Shown piece by piece: positions 1 to 10,321 of a stretch of 64,000 bases of DNA. Every line of letters begins with the position of its first letter. The stretch's first letter is position 1. Location: NCBI GenBank assembly GCA_025350145.1, contig JANXYH010000129.1, positions 3,573 through 67,572 on the forward strand, read 5' to 3'. Below the pieces are notes generated by a model. It was not told the origin of the DNA, did not search any database, and worked only from the letters and a program-made list of their open reading frames with translations. The translations under genes were made by a program, and so were the position numbers. Source of the stretch: Burkholderiales bacterium (GTDB lineage: Bacteria; Pseudomonadota; Gammaproteobacteria; Burkholderiales; Burkholderiaceae_C).

Positions 1-20
1 GGCGGCGCTGTGAACCCGCG

Positions 21-1757
21 ATGACCACGCTGCTGACCCGCGATGTGCCGCCGCGCAGCGCCTACGCCCTGAGCCAGGCCGGCCTGCACCCGCTGCTGGC
101 GCAGTTGTTCGCGGCGCGCGGCCTGAGCTCGGCCGAGGACCTGGACGACAGCCTCGCCAGGTTGCTGCCGCCGGCCGAACTGAAGGGCGCGGCCGAGGCC
201 GCCAGGCTGCTCGCCGACACGATTGCCGCGCAGCGCCGGATCTGCATCGTCGCCGACTACGACTGCGACGGCGCCACCGCCTGCGCCGTCGCCCTGCGCG
301 GCCTGGCGATGCTCGGTGCCGCGCCGCAGACCCTGCGCTTCTGCGTGCCCGACCGCGCCGTCCATGGCTATAGCCTGACGCCGGCCATCGTCGACCTGGC
401 CCGCGCCGAGCATGCGCCCGATCTGCTGGTGACGGTGGACAACGGCATTGCCAGCCAAGCCGGCGTCGCCCATGCCCGCAGCTTGGGCATGCAGGTGCTG
501 GTGACCGACCACCACCTGCCGGCCGTCGATGGCGACGGCCGGGTGCTGCTGCCCGAGGCCGATGTCATCGTCGATCCCTCGCAGCCGGGTTGCGGGTTCG
601 CCAGCAAGGCGCTGGCCGGGGTCGGCGTGATGTTCTATGTGCTGCTGGCCACCCGCGCCGAGTTGCGCCTGCGCGGGCGCTTCGACGCCGCCAGCCAGCC
701 GCGCCTGGACGCCCTGCTCGACCTGGTCGCGCTGGGCACGGTGGCCGACGTGGTCAAGCTCGACGCCAACAACCGCCGGCTGGTCGCGCAGGGCCTCAAG
801 CGCATCCGCCAGGGCCGGATGCAGCCCGGCGTGGCGGCGCTGTTCACGGCCGCCGGGCGCCTGCCGCAGCGCGCCAGCGCCTTCGACTTCGGCTTTGCCT
901 TGGGGCCGCGCATCAATGCCGCCGGGCGGCTGTCGGACATGACCCTGGGCATCACCTGCCTGACCACCGACGACCCGGCCCAGGCCGCCGCGCTGGCCGG
1001 GCAGCTCGACGCCATCAACCGCCAGCGGCGTGCGGTCGAGGCCGACATGAAGCTGCAGGCCGAGGTGCTGCTGGCTCGGCTGCTGGCGACCCAGGGCGAC
1101 GACACCAGCGCACCGGCAGCGGTGGTGCTGTTCGACCCCGAATTCCATGAGGGCGTCGTCGGCATCGTCGCCGGCCGGCTCAAGGACCGGCTGAACCGCC
1201 CGACCTTCGTGCTGGCGCGTGGCCAGGACGGGCTGCTCAAGGGCTCGGGCCGCTCGATCGCCGGCTTCCATCTGCGCGACGCGCTAGACCTCGTGACCAA
1301 GCGCCATCCCAACCTGCTCAAACGCTTCGGCGGCCACGCCATGGCGGCGGGTTGCACGCTCGACCCGGCCGACCTGCCGACCTTTGCCGCCGGCCTGCAG
1401 CAGGTGGCCGCCGAGTGGCTCAGCCCGGCCCTGCTGGCGCGCCGGCTGGCCACCGACGGCCCGCTGGCGGCGCAATGGTTCAACCCGGCGACCATCGCCA
1501 CGCTCGACGCCCAGGTCTGGGGCCAAGGCTTCGAGGCGCCGCTGTTCTGCGACGAGATGGAGGTGGTGCAGCAACGCCTGGTCGGCGGCAAGCACCTCAA
1601 GCTCAGGCTGCGCCACGCCGGCACGCTGCGCGACGCAATCTGGTTCGGCCAGGTCGAGCCGCTGCCCGGCGCCACGGCGCGGCTGGCCTACCGCCTCAGC
1701 CTGGACGAGTTCCAGGGCCAGCCGCGGGTGCAACTGGTGATCGAGGCGCTGGGCTGA
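21..1757 (+). CDS. recJ: single-stranded-DNA-specific exonuclease RecJ
   Basis: 578-aa ORF starting at ATG 21. DHH-family motifs (IVADYDCDGATA, LVTVDNG, VTDHH) and a RecJ-like C-terminal OB region. Confidence 0.93.
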   Translation: MTTLLTRDVPPRSAYALSQAGLHPLLAQLFAARGLSSAEDLDDSLARLLPPAELKGAAEAARLLADTIAAQRRICIVADYDCDGATACAVALRGLAMLGAAPQTLRFCVPDRAVHGYSLTPAIVDLARAEHAPDLLVTVDNGIASQAGVAHARSLGMQVLVTDHHLPAVDGDGRVLLPEADVIVDPSQPGCGFASKALAGVGVMFYVLLATRAELRLRGRFDAASQPRLDALLDLVALGTVADVVKLDANNRRLVAQGLKRIRQGRMQPGVAALFTAAGRLPQRASAFDFGFALGPRINAAGRLSDMTLGITCLTTDDPAQAAALAGQLDAINRQRRAVEADMKLQAEVLLARLLATQGDDTSAPAAVVLFDPEFHEGVVGIVAGRLKDRLNRPTFVLARGQDGLLKGSGRSIAGFHLRDALDLVTKRHPNLLKRFGGHAMAAGCTLDPADLPTFAAGLQQVAAEWLSPALLARRLATDGPLAAQWFNPATIATLDAQVWGQGFEAPLFCDEMEVVQQRLVGGKHLKLRLRHAGTLRDAIWFGQVEPLPGATARLAYRLSLDEFQGQPRVQLVIEALG

Positions 1758-1806
1758 CGCCGCCCTGACTCCGCCGCCAGGGCGCTGGACGACAATCCCG
1801 GCCGCC

Positions 1807-2658
1807 ATGCTCAACGCCGACCTGCACTGCCACTCGACCTGTTCCGACGGCACCCTGGCGCCCGCCGCCGTGGCTGCGCTGGCGAGCCGGCAGGGGGTCG
1901 AGCTCTGGGCCCTGACCGACCACGACACGGTCGACGGCCTGGCCGAGGCCGCCGCCGCAGCGCAGCGGCTGGGCATGGGCTATCTGACCGGGGTCGAGGT
2001 CTCGGTGAGCTTTGCCGGCGAGACGGTACACATCGTCGGCCTGGGCTTTGACGCCGACGACGCGGCGCTGCGTGCCGGCCTGGCCAGCACCCGTGGTGGC
2101 CGGCAGGCGCGCGCCCTGGCCATGGCCGCCGGGCTGGCCGAGGTCGGCATCCACGGCGCGTTCGAGGGCGCCCTGCCCTATGTCGGCAACCCCGGGCTGA
2201 TCTCGCGCAGCCACTTGGCACGCTGGCTGGTGGCCAGCGGCGTCTGCGCCGACATGCCGGCGGTGTTCCGCCGCTACCTGGTCGAGGGCAAGCCTGGCTA
2301 TGTGCCGCACCGCTGGGCCGGGCTGGGCGACGCGGTGCGCTGGATCACCCAGGCCGGCGGCCAGGCGGTGATCGCCCACCCCGGCCGCTACAAGTTCTCG
2401 GCCAGCGCCGAATACGCCCTGTTCAGCGAGTTCGCGGCCCATGGCGGCCGCGGCGTAGAAGTCCAGACCGGCAGCCACGGCCCCGGCGCGGCCGCCAAGT
2501 ACGCCACGATGGCGCGTGAATTCAAGCTGCTGGCCTCGCGCGGCAGCGACTTTCACGACCCTGCCGAGAGCCGCACCGCCTTCGGCAGCCTGCCCGACCT
2601 GGCCGGCGACCTGACGCCGGTCTGGGAGGCGCTGGCCGAGCGCGTCGTGCAGCCTTGA
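1807..2658 (+). CDS. PHP-domain phosphoesterase (TrpH/YciV-like)
   Basis: 283 aa. The N-terminal ADLHCHSTCSDG and ALTDHD metal-binding motifs are typical of the PHP family. Confidence 0.8.
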   Translation: MLNADLHCHSTCSDGTLAPAAVAALASRQGVELWALTDHDTVDGLAEAAAAAQRLGMGYLTGVEVSVSFAGETVHIVGLGFDADDAALRAGLASTRGGRQARALAMAAGLAEVGIHGAFEGALPYVGNPGLISRSHLARWLVASGVCADMPAVFRRYLVEGKPGYVPHRWAGLGDAVRWITQAGGQAVIAHPGRYKFSASAEYALFSEFAAHGGRGVEVQTGSHGPGAAAKYATMAREFKLLASRGSDFHDPAESRTAFGSLPDLAGDLTPVWEALAERVVQP

Positions 2659-2722
2659 GCACGGGGCTGGGGGCGCCGCTGGCGCCGATCCGCTGGTCGA
2701 TAAGCGCTTGAAACTGCCCGGC

Positions 2723-3328
2723 TCAGTTGCGGCGCTGCAAGCCCTGCAACTCGGCCAGCGTATTGGCGTTGGCAAAGGCGCCGGGGTCGTCGAACAGCAC
2801 GCTGGCGCAGCCCAGGCTGGCGGTCCAGCGGTCGATCCTGCGCTGGCCGGACTGGACGAAAGCCAGCAGGCTGTCGCAGACCCGCCGGTGCATCAGGCAG
2901 AACACCGGCTGCGGCTGCACCGCGCCCTGCTCCAGGGTGGCGGCGATGGCGACATCGGCGGCCTGTGCGGCCATCGCCGCCGCCAGCCTGGCGACCAGGT
3001 CGAGCGGGAAGTTCGGGCTGTCGCAGGGCACGGTGACGAGGTAGTCGGTGCTGCAATGCGTCAAACCGGCGAGGAATCCGGCGAGCGGGCCGGGCTGGTC
3101 GGGCAAGGCGTCGGGCCAGACCGGCGCGCCCATCGCGGCATAGGCCTCGAGGTTGCGGTTGGCATTGAGCATCAACTGGCCGACCTGTGGCCGCAGGCGC
3201 TGCAGGGCATGTTCGACCAGCGGCCGGCCCTGGTGGCTTTGCAGGCCCTTGTCGACCCCGCCCATGCGGCTGCCGCGGCCGCCAGCCAGGACGATGCCGG
3301 TGATGTCCTCGGGCGCGATCAGGGTCAT
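2723..3328 (-). CDS. mobA: molybdenum cofactor guanylyltransferase MobA
   Basis: Only the last 201 codons of the 472-aa ORF are MobA-like ([28 protein letters not shown]). The internal ATG at 3328 was chosen because the upstream part lies antisense to fdhD. Confidence 0.85.
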   Translation of the reverse strand: MTLIAPEDITGIVLAGGRGSRMGGVDKGLQSHQGRPLVEHALQRLRPQVGQLMLNANRNLEAYAAMGAPVWPDALPDQPGPLAGFLAGLTHCSTDYLVTVPCDSPNFPLDLVARLAAAMAAQAADVAIAATLEQGAVQPQPVFCLMHRRVCDSLLAFVQSGQRRIDRWTASLGCASVLFDDPGAFANANTLAELQGLQRRN

Positions 3329-3464
3329 GGCGGGTGGGCGCAGCAGTTCAGGGGCGACGATCTTCACATGCCGGCGCGGTCGCCCGGCGCTGGGAAATAA
3401 TTCGCCCCTTGGGCACCGCCATTCGGCTGCCCGCCAGCGGGCATGCCCGAGAGCACCCCCGCCC

Positions 3465-4382
3465 ATGACCCGCCCCCTGCCCGCGATCAACCCCAGCGCC
3501 TGTGAGGTGGCCGCCGAACTGGCCCTGGTCAGCGGCGCGCCACGGCTGACCAGCGCCCGGGTGCCGCTGCTGCGCCAGATCACTGTGCTGGACGAATACG
3601 GCAGCCAGCGCCAGATCGCCATCCCCGCCGAGCGTGCGCTGACGGTGTACGTCGACCGCCAGGAACTGGTGACGCTGATGACCCTGGGCGCGGCGCCGGA
3701 ATGGCTGGTGCTGGGCTGGCTGTGCAACCAGCGGTTGATCGGCGAGGTGTCCGAGATCGAGTCGGTCACGGTCGATTGGGAGGTCGGCGCGGCGGCGGTC
3801 AAGACCCACGCCGGCATCGCCAACCTGGCCGAGCGGACCGCGCGCCGGGTCGTGACCAGCGGCTGCGGCCAGGGCACGGTCTTCGGCGACGTGCTGGCGC
3901 AGGCGGCAGAACTGCGTTTGCCCGACCCTGCCCTGGCACGCATCCGCCAATCGACCCTGTACGCGGTGCTGGAGCAAATGCGCCTGCGCAACAGCATCCA
4001 CCGCCAGGCCGGTTCGGTCCATGGCTGCGCGCTGTTCTGCGGCACCCGCATGCTGCTGGCGGTCGAGGACGTGGGCCGGCACAACGCGATCGACACCATC
4101 GCCGGCTGGATGGCGCTGCATGGCCTGGGCGGCAACGACAAGCTGTTCTACACCACCGGGCGCCTGACCAGCGAGATGGTGCTCAAGGCGGCGCACATGG
4201 GTGTGCCCATCGTGGTCTCGCGCAACGGCATCACCGCCATGGGCCATGGCCTGGCCGAGCAACTCGGCATGACCTTGTTCGGCCGCGCCGCCAACCGCCA
4301 CTTCATTTGCTACAGCGGCCTGGCCCGGTTTGACGCCGAGCCTGAACCGCAGCGCCCGACGGTGCGCGTCGCCATCGGCTGA
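3465..4382 (+). CDS. fdhD: formate dehydrogenase accessory sulfurtransferase FdhD
   Basis: 305 aa from the internal ATG at 3465. Motifs SGCGQGT, HGCALF and [12 protein letters not shown]. Divergent from mobA. Confidence 0.88.
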   Translation: MTRPLPAINPSACEVAAELALVSGAPRLTSARVPLLRQITVLDEYGSQRQIAIPAERALTVYVDRQELVTLMTLGAAPEWLVLGWLCNQRLIGEVSEIESVTVDWEVGAAAVKTHAGIANLAERTARRVVTSGCGQGTVFGDVLAQAAELRLPDPALARIRQSTLYAVLEQMRLRNSIHRQAGSVHGCALFCGTRMLLAVEDVGRHNAIDTIAGWMALHGLGGNDKLFYTTGRLTSEMVLKAAHMGVPIVVSRNGITAMGHGLAEQLGMTLFGRAANRHFICYSGLARFDAEPEPQRPTVRVAIG

Positions 4383-4399
4383 GCCCGGCCGCTGCCGCC

Positions 4400-5035
4400 A
4401 TGTCCCAGTACTTCGAAATTCATCCCGACAACCCGCAGCCTCGGCTGATCCGGCAGGCGGCGCAGTTGCTGCATGCCGGCGGCGTCTGCGCGCTGCCCAC
4501 CGATTCGAGCTATGCGCTGGCCTGCCACCTCGACGACAAGGTCGCCGCCGAGGCGCTGCGGCAATTGCGCCAGGTCGACGCCAAACACCACCTGACCCTG
4601 CTCTGCCGCGACCTGTCGGAGCTGGCCAGCTACGCCCGCGTCGACAACCGCCAGTACCGGCTGTTGAAACTGGCCACGCCAGGGCCCTACACCTTCATCC
4701 TGCAGGCCAGCAAAGAGCTGCCGCGGCGGCTGTCGCACCCCTCGCGGCGGACCATCGGCCTGCGCGTGCCGGCCCACCGCGTAACCCAGGCGCTGCTGGC
4801 CGAACTTGGCCAGCCGTTGCTGGCCACGACCTTGATCGCGCCCGGCCAGACCGAGCCTATGAACGAGCCGCAGCAGATCCGCGCCCACTTTCAGCATCGC
4901 CTGGCGGCCGTGCTCGATGCCGGCGCCTGCCGGCGCGAGGCCACCACCGTGATCGACTACAGCGGCGACACGCCGCTGGTGGTGCGCCAGGGCTGGGGCG
5001 ACCTGGCGCGGCTGGGCTTGCAGGCTCCGGCCTAG
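4400..5035 (+). CDS. YrdC/Sua5-domain protein (YciO-like, L-threonylcarbamoyladenylate synthase family)
   Basis: 211 aa. LPTDSSYALAC and the LATPGPYTFIL / IGLRVP pattern match the YrdC fold. Confidence 0.8.
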   Translation: MSQYFEIHPDNPQPRLIRQAAQLLHAGGVCALPTDSSYALACHLDDKVAAEALRQLRQVDAKHHLTLLCRDLSELASYARVDNRQYRLLKLATPGPYTFILQASKELPRRLSHPSRRTIGLRVPAHRVTQALLAELGQPLLATTLIAPGQTEPMNEPQQIRAHFQHRLAAVLDAGACRREATTVIDYSGDTPLVVRQGWGDLARLGLQAPA

Positions 5036-5054
5036 GCGCGTGCCGGGCGGCGGC

Positions 5055-5402
5055 TCAGACTGCGGCGGTGACGACGATCTCGACCCGCCACGCCGGCCGT
5101 GCCAGGCGCGCCTGCACGGTCGCCCTGGCCGGGGTGTGGCCGGGCACCACCCATTCCTCCCAGACCGCGTTCATGGTCGCGAAATCGGCCATGTCGTCGA
5201 GGAAGATCTCGGCCCGCAGGATGCGGCTCTTGTCGCTGCCGGCCAGGGCCAGCAGCCGGTCGATCGCGGCCAGCACCTCGCGGGTCTGGCCCGCAGTGTC
5301 GGCCGCGCCGACGCTGGCCACCTGGCCGGCCAGGTAGCAGACCCCGTTGTGGACCGTGATCTCCGACATGCGCGGGCCGGTCTCAAAGCGTTGCAGGTTC
5401 AT
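5055..5402 (-). CDS. RidA/YjgF family protein
   Basis: 115 aa from ATG 5402 (MNLQRFETGPRMSEITVHNGVCYLAGQV...). Its ATG overlaps the plsY stop (ATGA). Confidence 0.8.
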   Translation of the reverse strand: MNLQRFETGPRMSEITVHNGVCYLAGQVASVGAADTAGQTREVLAAIDRLLALAGSDKSRILRAEIFLDDMADFATMNAVWEEWVVPGHTPARATVQARLARPAWRVEIVVTAAV

Positions 5403-6109
5403 TTTTTCTCGCGCTGGGTTGACATGGCGCTGGGGCGCGTGCCACCGGCAGGCCCGAGTTCGCGGTAGCGGCGCCGGCGGCGGCGTTTGTCGGGCTCGAC
5501 CTCGCCGATCTTGGCCTCGCGGCCGACCAGCAGGTTGACGATGTTGCGCCGGTGCCGCCAGATCAGCAGCAGGCTCATGAAGCAGACCGCCATCAGACGG
5601 TTGGCCTTGTCGAAGAACAACAACTCGCCGAACATGATCAGCACCGCCGTGACGATGGCCGCCAGCGAGGAATAGCGAAACGCCGCCGCGACCACGATCC
5701 AACTGACCTCCGCCGCCAGCCCCAGCCAGGGGTTGAACGCCAGCAGCACGCCCAGAGCCGTGGCCACGCCCTTGCCGCCCTTGAAGCCGAAGAACACCGG
5801 CAAGAGGTGACCGAGGAACGCGGCCACGCCGACAAAGGCCTCGGTGCTCTCGTCAAAGCCATAGCGGGTGGCCAGCAGGCGCACCGCCGCCACCGGCGCG
5901 TAGCCCTTGGCGCAGTCGAGCAGCAGGGTCAACACCGCCGCCACCTTGCCGCCGGTGCGCAGCACATTGGTGGCACCCGGGTTCTTCGAGCCGACCGTGC
6001 GCGGGTCGGGCAGGCGCATCAGCTTGCTGATGATGACCGCGAACGACAGCGAGCCGATCAGGTAGGCCACAACAAACGCGCCGTAGTTGTAGAGCAGGAC
6101 TTTGGGCAT
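5399..6109 (-). CDS. plsY: glycerol-3-phosphate acyltransferase PlsY
   Basis: 236 aa from ATG 6109. Motifs GSKNPGATNVLR and FKGGKGVAT. It has a basic C-terminal tail (RRRRRR). The longer 342-aa ORF would run through the tRNA-Sec gene and was rejected. Confidence 0.9.
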   Translation of the reverse strand: MPKVLLYNYGAFVVAYLIGSLSFAVIISKLMRLPDPRTVGSKNPGATNVLRTGGKVAAVLTLLLDCAKGYAPVAAVRLLATRYGFDESTEAFVGVAAFLGHLLPVFFGFKGGKGVATALGVLLAFNPWLGLAAEVSWIVVAAAFRYSSLAAIVTAVLIMFGELLFFDKANRLMAVCFMSLLLIWRHRRNIVNLLVGREAKIGEVEPDKRRRRRRYRELGPAGGTRPSAMSTQREKK

Positions 6110-6294
6110 GGACGTGCCTATGGTGCTGGCGGGAATTTTTTGGCCGCTGGCAGCGGCGGTCTGGAGCAGGGCCTGGCCGACTTGCGCAGGCGTCGTCCAC
6201 CAGTGTATGCCGGCGGATTTTGGCCATGGCCGGCAGGCGGGCGCGGCTGACCGGCTGGGCCCCAGGGCCGCCATGGCCGTCGCCAAAACCGGGG

Positions 6295-6392
6295 TGGCGG
6301 AAGGACGTGGGAGTCGAACCCACCAGACACGCTTGCGGCGCGTCTCGCCGGTGTTGAAGACCGGGCGCCCCACCGGGGTGCGATGGCCTTCC
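6295..6392 (-). tRNA. selC: tRNA-Sec (anticodon UCA)
   Basis: The reverse complement reads GGAAGGCC...CCGGU-CUUCAAC-ACCGG...long variable arm...GUGGGUUCGACUCCCAC-GUCCUUCC-G-CCA, 98 nt in total. It has an 8-position acceptor stem, a UCA anticodon in a 7-nt loop, a long extra arm and an encoded CCA. It lies 15 nt after the selB stop. Confidence 0.85.
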
Positions 6393-6407
6393 TGCGCCGG
6401 GCTGACC

Positions 6408-8366
6408 TTAGCATGGCGGCTCGGCACAGCATGGCGGCTCGGCCGCAGCGGTCAACGGCGGCATGGCGGCCACGCTCGGCCAGTGCCTCTGGCCGTCAAA
6501 GCGCGTCAGGCCGGCGCGGTCGAGGAACTCCAGCACCTGCACCGTCAGGTTGCGGCCGATGCCGCTGCGGTCGCGGTAGGCAGCGGCGTCGAAGCCACCG
6601 TCGGCCGACTCGGCCGCCAGGGTCTGTGCCAGCGCCACCAGCCCGGGCAGGGTCTGCGGCAGGTAGCAGCGGTTGGGCGCGATCCGCAGCAGCAGGCCCA
6701 GCCTGGCGGCGCGCTGGACGAAGGCCTGCAGCGTGGCCACCGGCAGACCAAGCTGTGCCGCCAAGTCGCCGGCGATGGGCGGACGCAGGCCGGTGTCGCC
6801 CAGCGCCGCATGGACGCGGTCGAGCAGCGCCTGGTCGGCCTGGCCGAGCACGGCGCGGTGGCTGGCCAGGCGCAGGCACAGGCCATCGCGGCAGACCTCG
6901 CCGCTGGCCAGGGCCTGGGCCAGCAGCGCCCGCAGCAAATCCGGCTGGCAGCGCAGTTGCAGCAACTGGCGCAACTCGCCCTCGCCCGGGCCTGAGCTGT
7001 CGGCCTGGCGGCTGTGCCAGTCGGCCAGCGCCTGGCGCAGCCGCGCGCACCAGCCCTGCCAATGCCCGGCCGACTGGGCCAGTGGGCCCGCCGGGGTGGC
7101 CAGCACCACCACGCCCGGCAGGTGCTGCAGCGCGGCGGCGGCCGGCGGCGCCAGGTTCCAGGCCAGCGCAAAGCGGTTCAGCGCCAGGCCATGCGGGGCC
7201 TCGACCAGCAGGGCCGACAGCGCTGCGGCCGCGTCCGGCTGGCCCCAGGCCGCCAGTTCGGCCAGGCGCTGCGGCCGCAGCCCACCGCGCGGCGGCGCAA
7301 ACGGGTCCAGCACCACCCCGCCGCCGATCACCCGCCGCGCCGCCGCGTCGCGCAGGATGAAGCGGTCGCCGCGGAACGCCGAGACCGGCTTGTCCAGCCG
7401 CAGTTGTGCCAGGCCGGCGCTGCCGGCCGCGATGGCCGGGCCGAACAGCAGGCTGACCCGGACCGCCACCGCCGACGCCCCCAGATGCAGCAGCAGCGAT
7501 GCACGCGAGGCCAGGGGGCGTGGCTCGCTGGCCAGCACTTCCAGGCGCACCGCCAGGCGTTCGGTGGGGGCATGCGCGGGCGGCGCCAGCAGCCAGTCGC
7601 CGCGTTGCGGCTCGGCCCGGTGCAGGTCGACCCCGGTCAAGTTCAGGGCGCTGCGCTGGCCGGCCCGGGCAAGGGTCGCCGGCAAGCCCATGGTGTGGAT
7701 GCCACGCACCCGCGCCAGGCTGCCGCGCGGCGCCAGGCAAACTTCGTCGCCGACCCGGACCTGGCCCGACAGGACCGCGCCGGTGACGACCCTGCCGGCG
7801 CCGGCCAGCGCGAAGCTGCGGTCCAGCGACATGCGGAAATGGCCCTCGACCGGCCTGGCACTGTGGCCCAGCGCGAGCCGGCCCAGCGCCTCGCGCAGCG
7901 CCGCAACGCCCCGGCCGGAGGGCGTATCGAGTGCCCAGACCGGCGCCTGCGGCCAGGCGGTGGTGGCCAGCAGTGCCGCCACTTCGGCCCGCGCCTGCGC
8001 CAGCCGCGCCGGCGCGACCCGGTCGATCTTGGTCAGCGCCACCACGCATTCGGGCACCGCCAGCAGGCCCAGGACGGCCAGATGCTCCAGCGTCTGCGGC
8101 ATCGGCCCGTCGTCGGCCGCGACCACCAGCAGGGCGACGTCGATGCCGGCCACCCCGGCCAGCATGTTGCGCATGAAGCGTTCATGGCCGGGCACGTCGA
8201 TGAAACCGACCGGTTCGGCCGCGCCCAGGTCGGCGTAGGCAAAGCCCAGGTCGATCGACATGCCGCGGCGCTTCTCCTCGGCCAGCCGGTCGGTGTCGAC
8301 TGCGGTCAGGGCCTTCACCAGGCTGGTCTTGCCATGGTCGACATGGCCGGCGGTGGCGACGATCAC
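6408..8366 (-). CDS. selB: selenocysteine-specific translation elongation factor SelB
   Basis: 652 aa from GTG 8366 ([29 protein letters not shown]-like TKID). The GTG overlaps the selA TGA (GTGA). The C-terminal half is non-GTPase, as expected for a SECIS-binding region. Confidence 0.9.
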   Translation of the reverse strand: MIVATAGHVDHGKTSLVKALTAVDTDRLAEEKRRGMSIDLGFAYADLGAAEPVGFIDVPGHERFMRNMLAGVAGIDVALLVVAADDGPMPQTLEHLAVLGLLAVPECVVALTKIDRVAPARLAQARAEVAALLATTAWPQAPVWALDTPSGRGVAALREALGRLALGHSARPVEGHFRMSLDRSFALAGAGRVVTGAVLSGQVRVGDEVCLAPRGSLARVRGIHTMGLPATLARAGQRSALNLTGVDLHRAEPQRGDWLLAPPAHAPTERLAVRLEVLASEPRPLASRASLLLHLGASAVAVRVSLLFGPAIAAGSAGLAQLRLDKPVSAFRGDRFILRDAAARRVIGGGVVLDPFAPPRGGLRPQRLAELAAWGQPDAAAALSALLVEAPHGLALNRFALAWNLAPPAAAALQHLPGVVVLATPAGPLAQSAGHWQGWCARLRQALADWHSRQADSSGPGEGELRQLLQLRCQPDLLRALLAQALASGEVCRDGLCLRLASHRAVLGQADQALLDRVHAALGDTGLRPPIAGDLAAQLGLPVATLQAFVQRAARLGLLLRIAPNRCYLPQTLPGLVALAQTLAAESADGGFDAAAYRDRSGIGRNLTVQVLEFLDRAGLTRFDGQRHWPSVAAMPPLTAAAEPPCCAEPPC

Positions 8367-9778
8367 GGCTGGGTGAACAAGGCCACGAAGGCCGCCTCGT
8401 CGGCGGCCTGCGCCGGGCCGTCGCCAACAGCGGCCAGGCAGCGCAAATCCAGCCACAGTGCGCCCTCGGCGGTGCGCCCGACCAGCGGCAGGGGCAGCGC
8501 CCGCAGGCGCCTGGCCAGTGCCGCCAGCGCCCGGCCGGCATGGCGCGCGGGGCCGGCCGGGGTCAGGCGCAGGGCGGCGCTGGGCAGCAGCTCGGTCGGC
8601 ATCGCGCCGCTGCCGATCTGGCTGTCGCAGGCGACGACATCGACCCGGCCGGCGTCGCCCCACCAGGCCGCCAGGGTCGGCTGCAAACGCCGCGCCAGGG
8701 CATCGATCTCGGCCAGCGGCCGGGTCAGCAGGCGCAGCGTCGGCAGCCGCTGGGGCAGGCGCTCGGGGTCAGCGTAGAGCGCCAGCACGGCCTCGAGCGC
8801 GGCCAGGCTGAGCTTGTCGCAGCGCAGTGCGCGCTTCAGTGGGTTCTTCTGCAAACGGGCAACCAGCTCGGCGCGGCCGACGATCAGCCCGGCCTGCGGC
8901 CCGCCGAGCAGCTTGTCGCCGCTGAAGCAGACCAGGTCGGCGCCACTGGCCAGCGTCGCGGCCACGGTCGGCTCGGCCGGCAGGCCCAGGCCGGCCAGGT
9001 CGATGAGCGCGCCGCTGCCCAGGTCGACGACCAGCGGCAGGCCGTGGGCGCGGCACAGCCCGGCCAGGGCCGACTCGGCGACGCTGGCGGTGAAGCCCTC
9101 GATCCGGTAGTTGCTGGTGTGTACCTTCAGCAGCAGGGCGGTGTTGGGCGTGATCGCCTCGGCGTAGTCGGCCAGGTGGGTGCGGTTGGTGGTGCCGACC
9201 TCACGCAGCCGGCAGCCGGCCTGGGCCATGATCTCGGGCAGGCGAAAAGCGCCGCCGATCTCGACCAGTTCGCCGCGCGAGACGATCACCTCGCGCCGCT
9301 GGCGGCCGCCGGCCAGGCTGGCCAGGATCAGCAGCAGCGCGGCGGCGTTGTTGTTGACCACCGCCGCCGCCTCGGCGCCGCTGAGTCGCCTCAGCCAGGC
9401 CTGGACATGGTCATCGCGGTCGCCACGGCCGCCCTGGTCCAGATCAAACTCCAGGTTGCAGCCGCCCCTGGCCACCTGCTGCAGCCGGGCGATGGCCTCG
9501 GCCGGCAGGACGGCGCGGCCCAGGTTGGTGTGCAGCACCGTGCCGCTGAGGTTCAAGACCGGGCGCAGCGACGGCGCCAGCAGTTGGCGCAAGCGTGCCG
9601 CCAGCGCCGCCGCTAGGCTTGCCCGGTCCAGCGCCGCGCCGTTGCTGCGCCGCGCTGCCAGTTCGTCGCGCACCGCCGCCAGCACCAGCGGCCGGCCATG
9701 GTCGGCGACCAGGGCGGCGATCTCGGCCCAGGCCAGGACCTTGTCGACCGCCGGTGGCCGCTGCGCCGGGCTCAGCAT
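8363..9778 (-). CDS. selA: L-seryl-tRNA(Sec) selenium transferase SelA
   Basis: 471 aa. It has a SelA-like N-terminus and a PLP-lysine context ([13 protein letters not shown]). Confidence 0.92.
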   Translation of the reverse strand: MLSPAQRPPAVDKVLAWAEIAALVADHGRPLVLAAVRDELAARRSNGAALDRASLAAALAARLRQLLAPSLRPVLNLSGTVLHTNLGRAVLPAEAIARLQQVARGGCNLEFDLDQGGRGDRDDHVQAWLRRLSGAEAAAVVNNNAAALLLILASLAGGRQRREVIVSRGELVEIGGAFRLPEIMAQAGCRLREVGTTNRTHLADYAEAITPNTALLLKVHTSNYRIEGFTASVAESALAGLCRAHGLPLVVDLGSGALIDLAGLGLPAEPTVAATLASGADLVCFSGDKLLGGPQAGLIVGRAELVARLQKNPLKRALRCDKLSLAALEAVLALYADPERLPQRLPTLRLLTRPLAEIDALARRLQPTLAAWWGDAGRVDVVACDSQIGSGAMPTELLPSAALRLTPAGPARHAGRALAALARRLRALPLPLVGRTAEGALWLDLRCLAAVGDGPAQAADEAAFVALFTQP

Positions 9779-9802
9779 GGCGCAGCGGCGCCGCCCTGGC
9801 GC

Positions 9803-10321
9803 TCAGTCGCCCGAGCGCAGCCGCCGCAGGATCTCGGGCAGGGCCAGGTCGGCCAGCGCGCGCATCTCGGCGTCGCTGCGGTCCTGGATCGGATGGGCGA
9901 CAAAGACCATCGCCGGGTCGAAGCCCAGCGACAGCGATTGCGCAGCCGCAGCCTGGATGAACCCGGTCGAGGCGACACCGACGCCTGGGATGCCACGACT
10001 TTCAAGATCCGCGATGTCATGCATACAGCACGACGTACACGAGCCTCAGTCGGCCAGCCCTTCGACCACGAGTTGCACCTGCGCCGCGATCTCTTGGCGC
10101 AGCGCGGTCGGTGCCGGCCGGGTGTAGGTCGGCTTGCGGTAGCGCTTGACGGCGATGCCCTGGGCCGTCAACTGGGCGTCCAGGCGGTCGAGAAAAATAT
10201 TGCCGCGCGGCTTGGAGATGTCAAGCAGGCCGACCGTCAGCCCAGCCAGGCTGCGTGGCCGCGCCAGCAGGGCGCGCGCCAGCGGCGAACGCTCCGAGCT
10301 TGGGTCCATCAAGTAACTCAT
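9803..10321 (-). CDS. selenoprotein with in-frame UGA (U-G-S-C motif; UGSC-containing protein family), function unknown
   Basis: Track ORFs 10046..10321 and 9803..10024 are in the same frame. They are separated only by TGA (10046..10048) plus 7 sense codons. The read-through product is ...VVEGLAD-U-GSCTSCCMHDIADLESRGIPG... (172 codons). A hairpin follows the UGA, and the gene sits 24 nt upstream of selA. Confidence 0.75.
10009..10042 (-). promoter_or_regulatory. candidate bacterial SECIS hairpin downstream of the UGA
   Basis: On the mRNA the upper stem is GUCGUG/CAUGAC (6 bp, one G-U). It has a 7-nt loop CUGUAUG and starts 11 nt after the UGA. The lower stem is UCGUG/CGCGG across a small internal loop. 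This was folded by eye only. Confidence 0.5.

Noticed and set aside
635-1675. 346-aa antisense ORF inside recJ, together with other overlapping ORFs at 590..1150, 1284..1976 and 1696..2775
   Set aside because: These are typical high-GC shadow ORFs (Arg/Ala/Pro/Ser-rich, no motifs) that fully overlap confidently assigned genes.
2723-4141. 472-aa ORF as an extended MobA
   Set aside because: Only the last 201 aa are MobA-like. The rest is antisense to fdhD.
5399-6427. Full 342-aa ORF as PlsY
   Set aside because: The N-terminal 106 codons have no PlsY similarity and run through the tRNA-Sec gene. PlsY-like sequence begins at ATG 6109.
6408-8663. 751-aa SelB starting at 8663
   Set aside because: The extra 99 codons lie inside selA in another frame. 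The GTP-binding N-terminus starts at the GTG that overlaps the selA stop.
6383-8777. Long ORFs 6496..8049(-), 6673..8238(+), 7014..8777(+) and 6383..7360(+)
   Set aside because: These are alternative-frame or antisense shadows of selB and selA. They have low-complexity composition.
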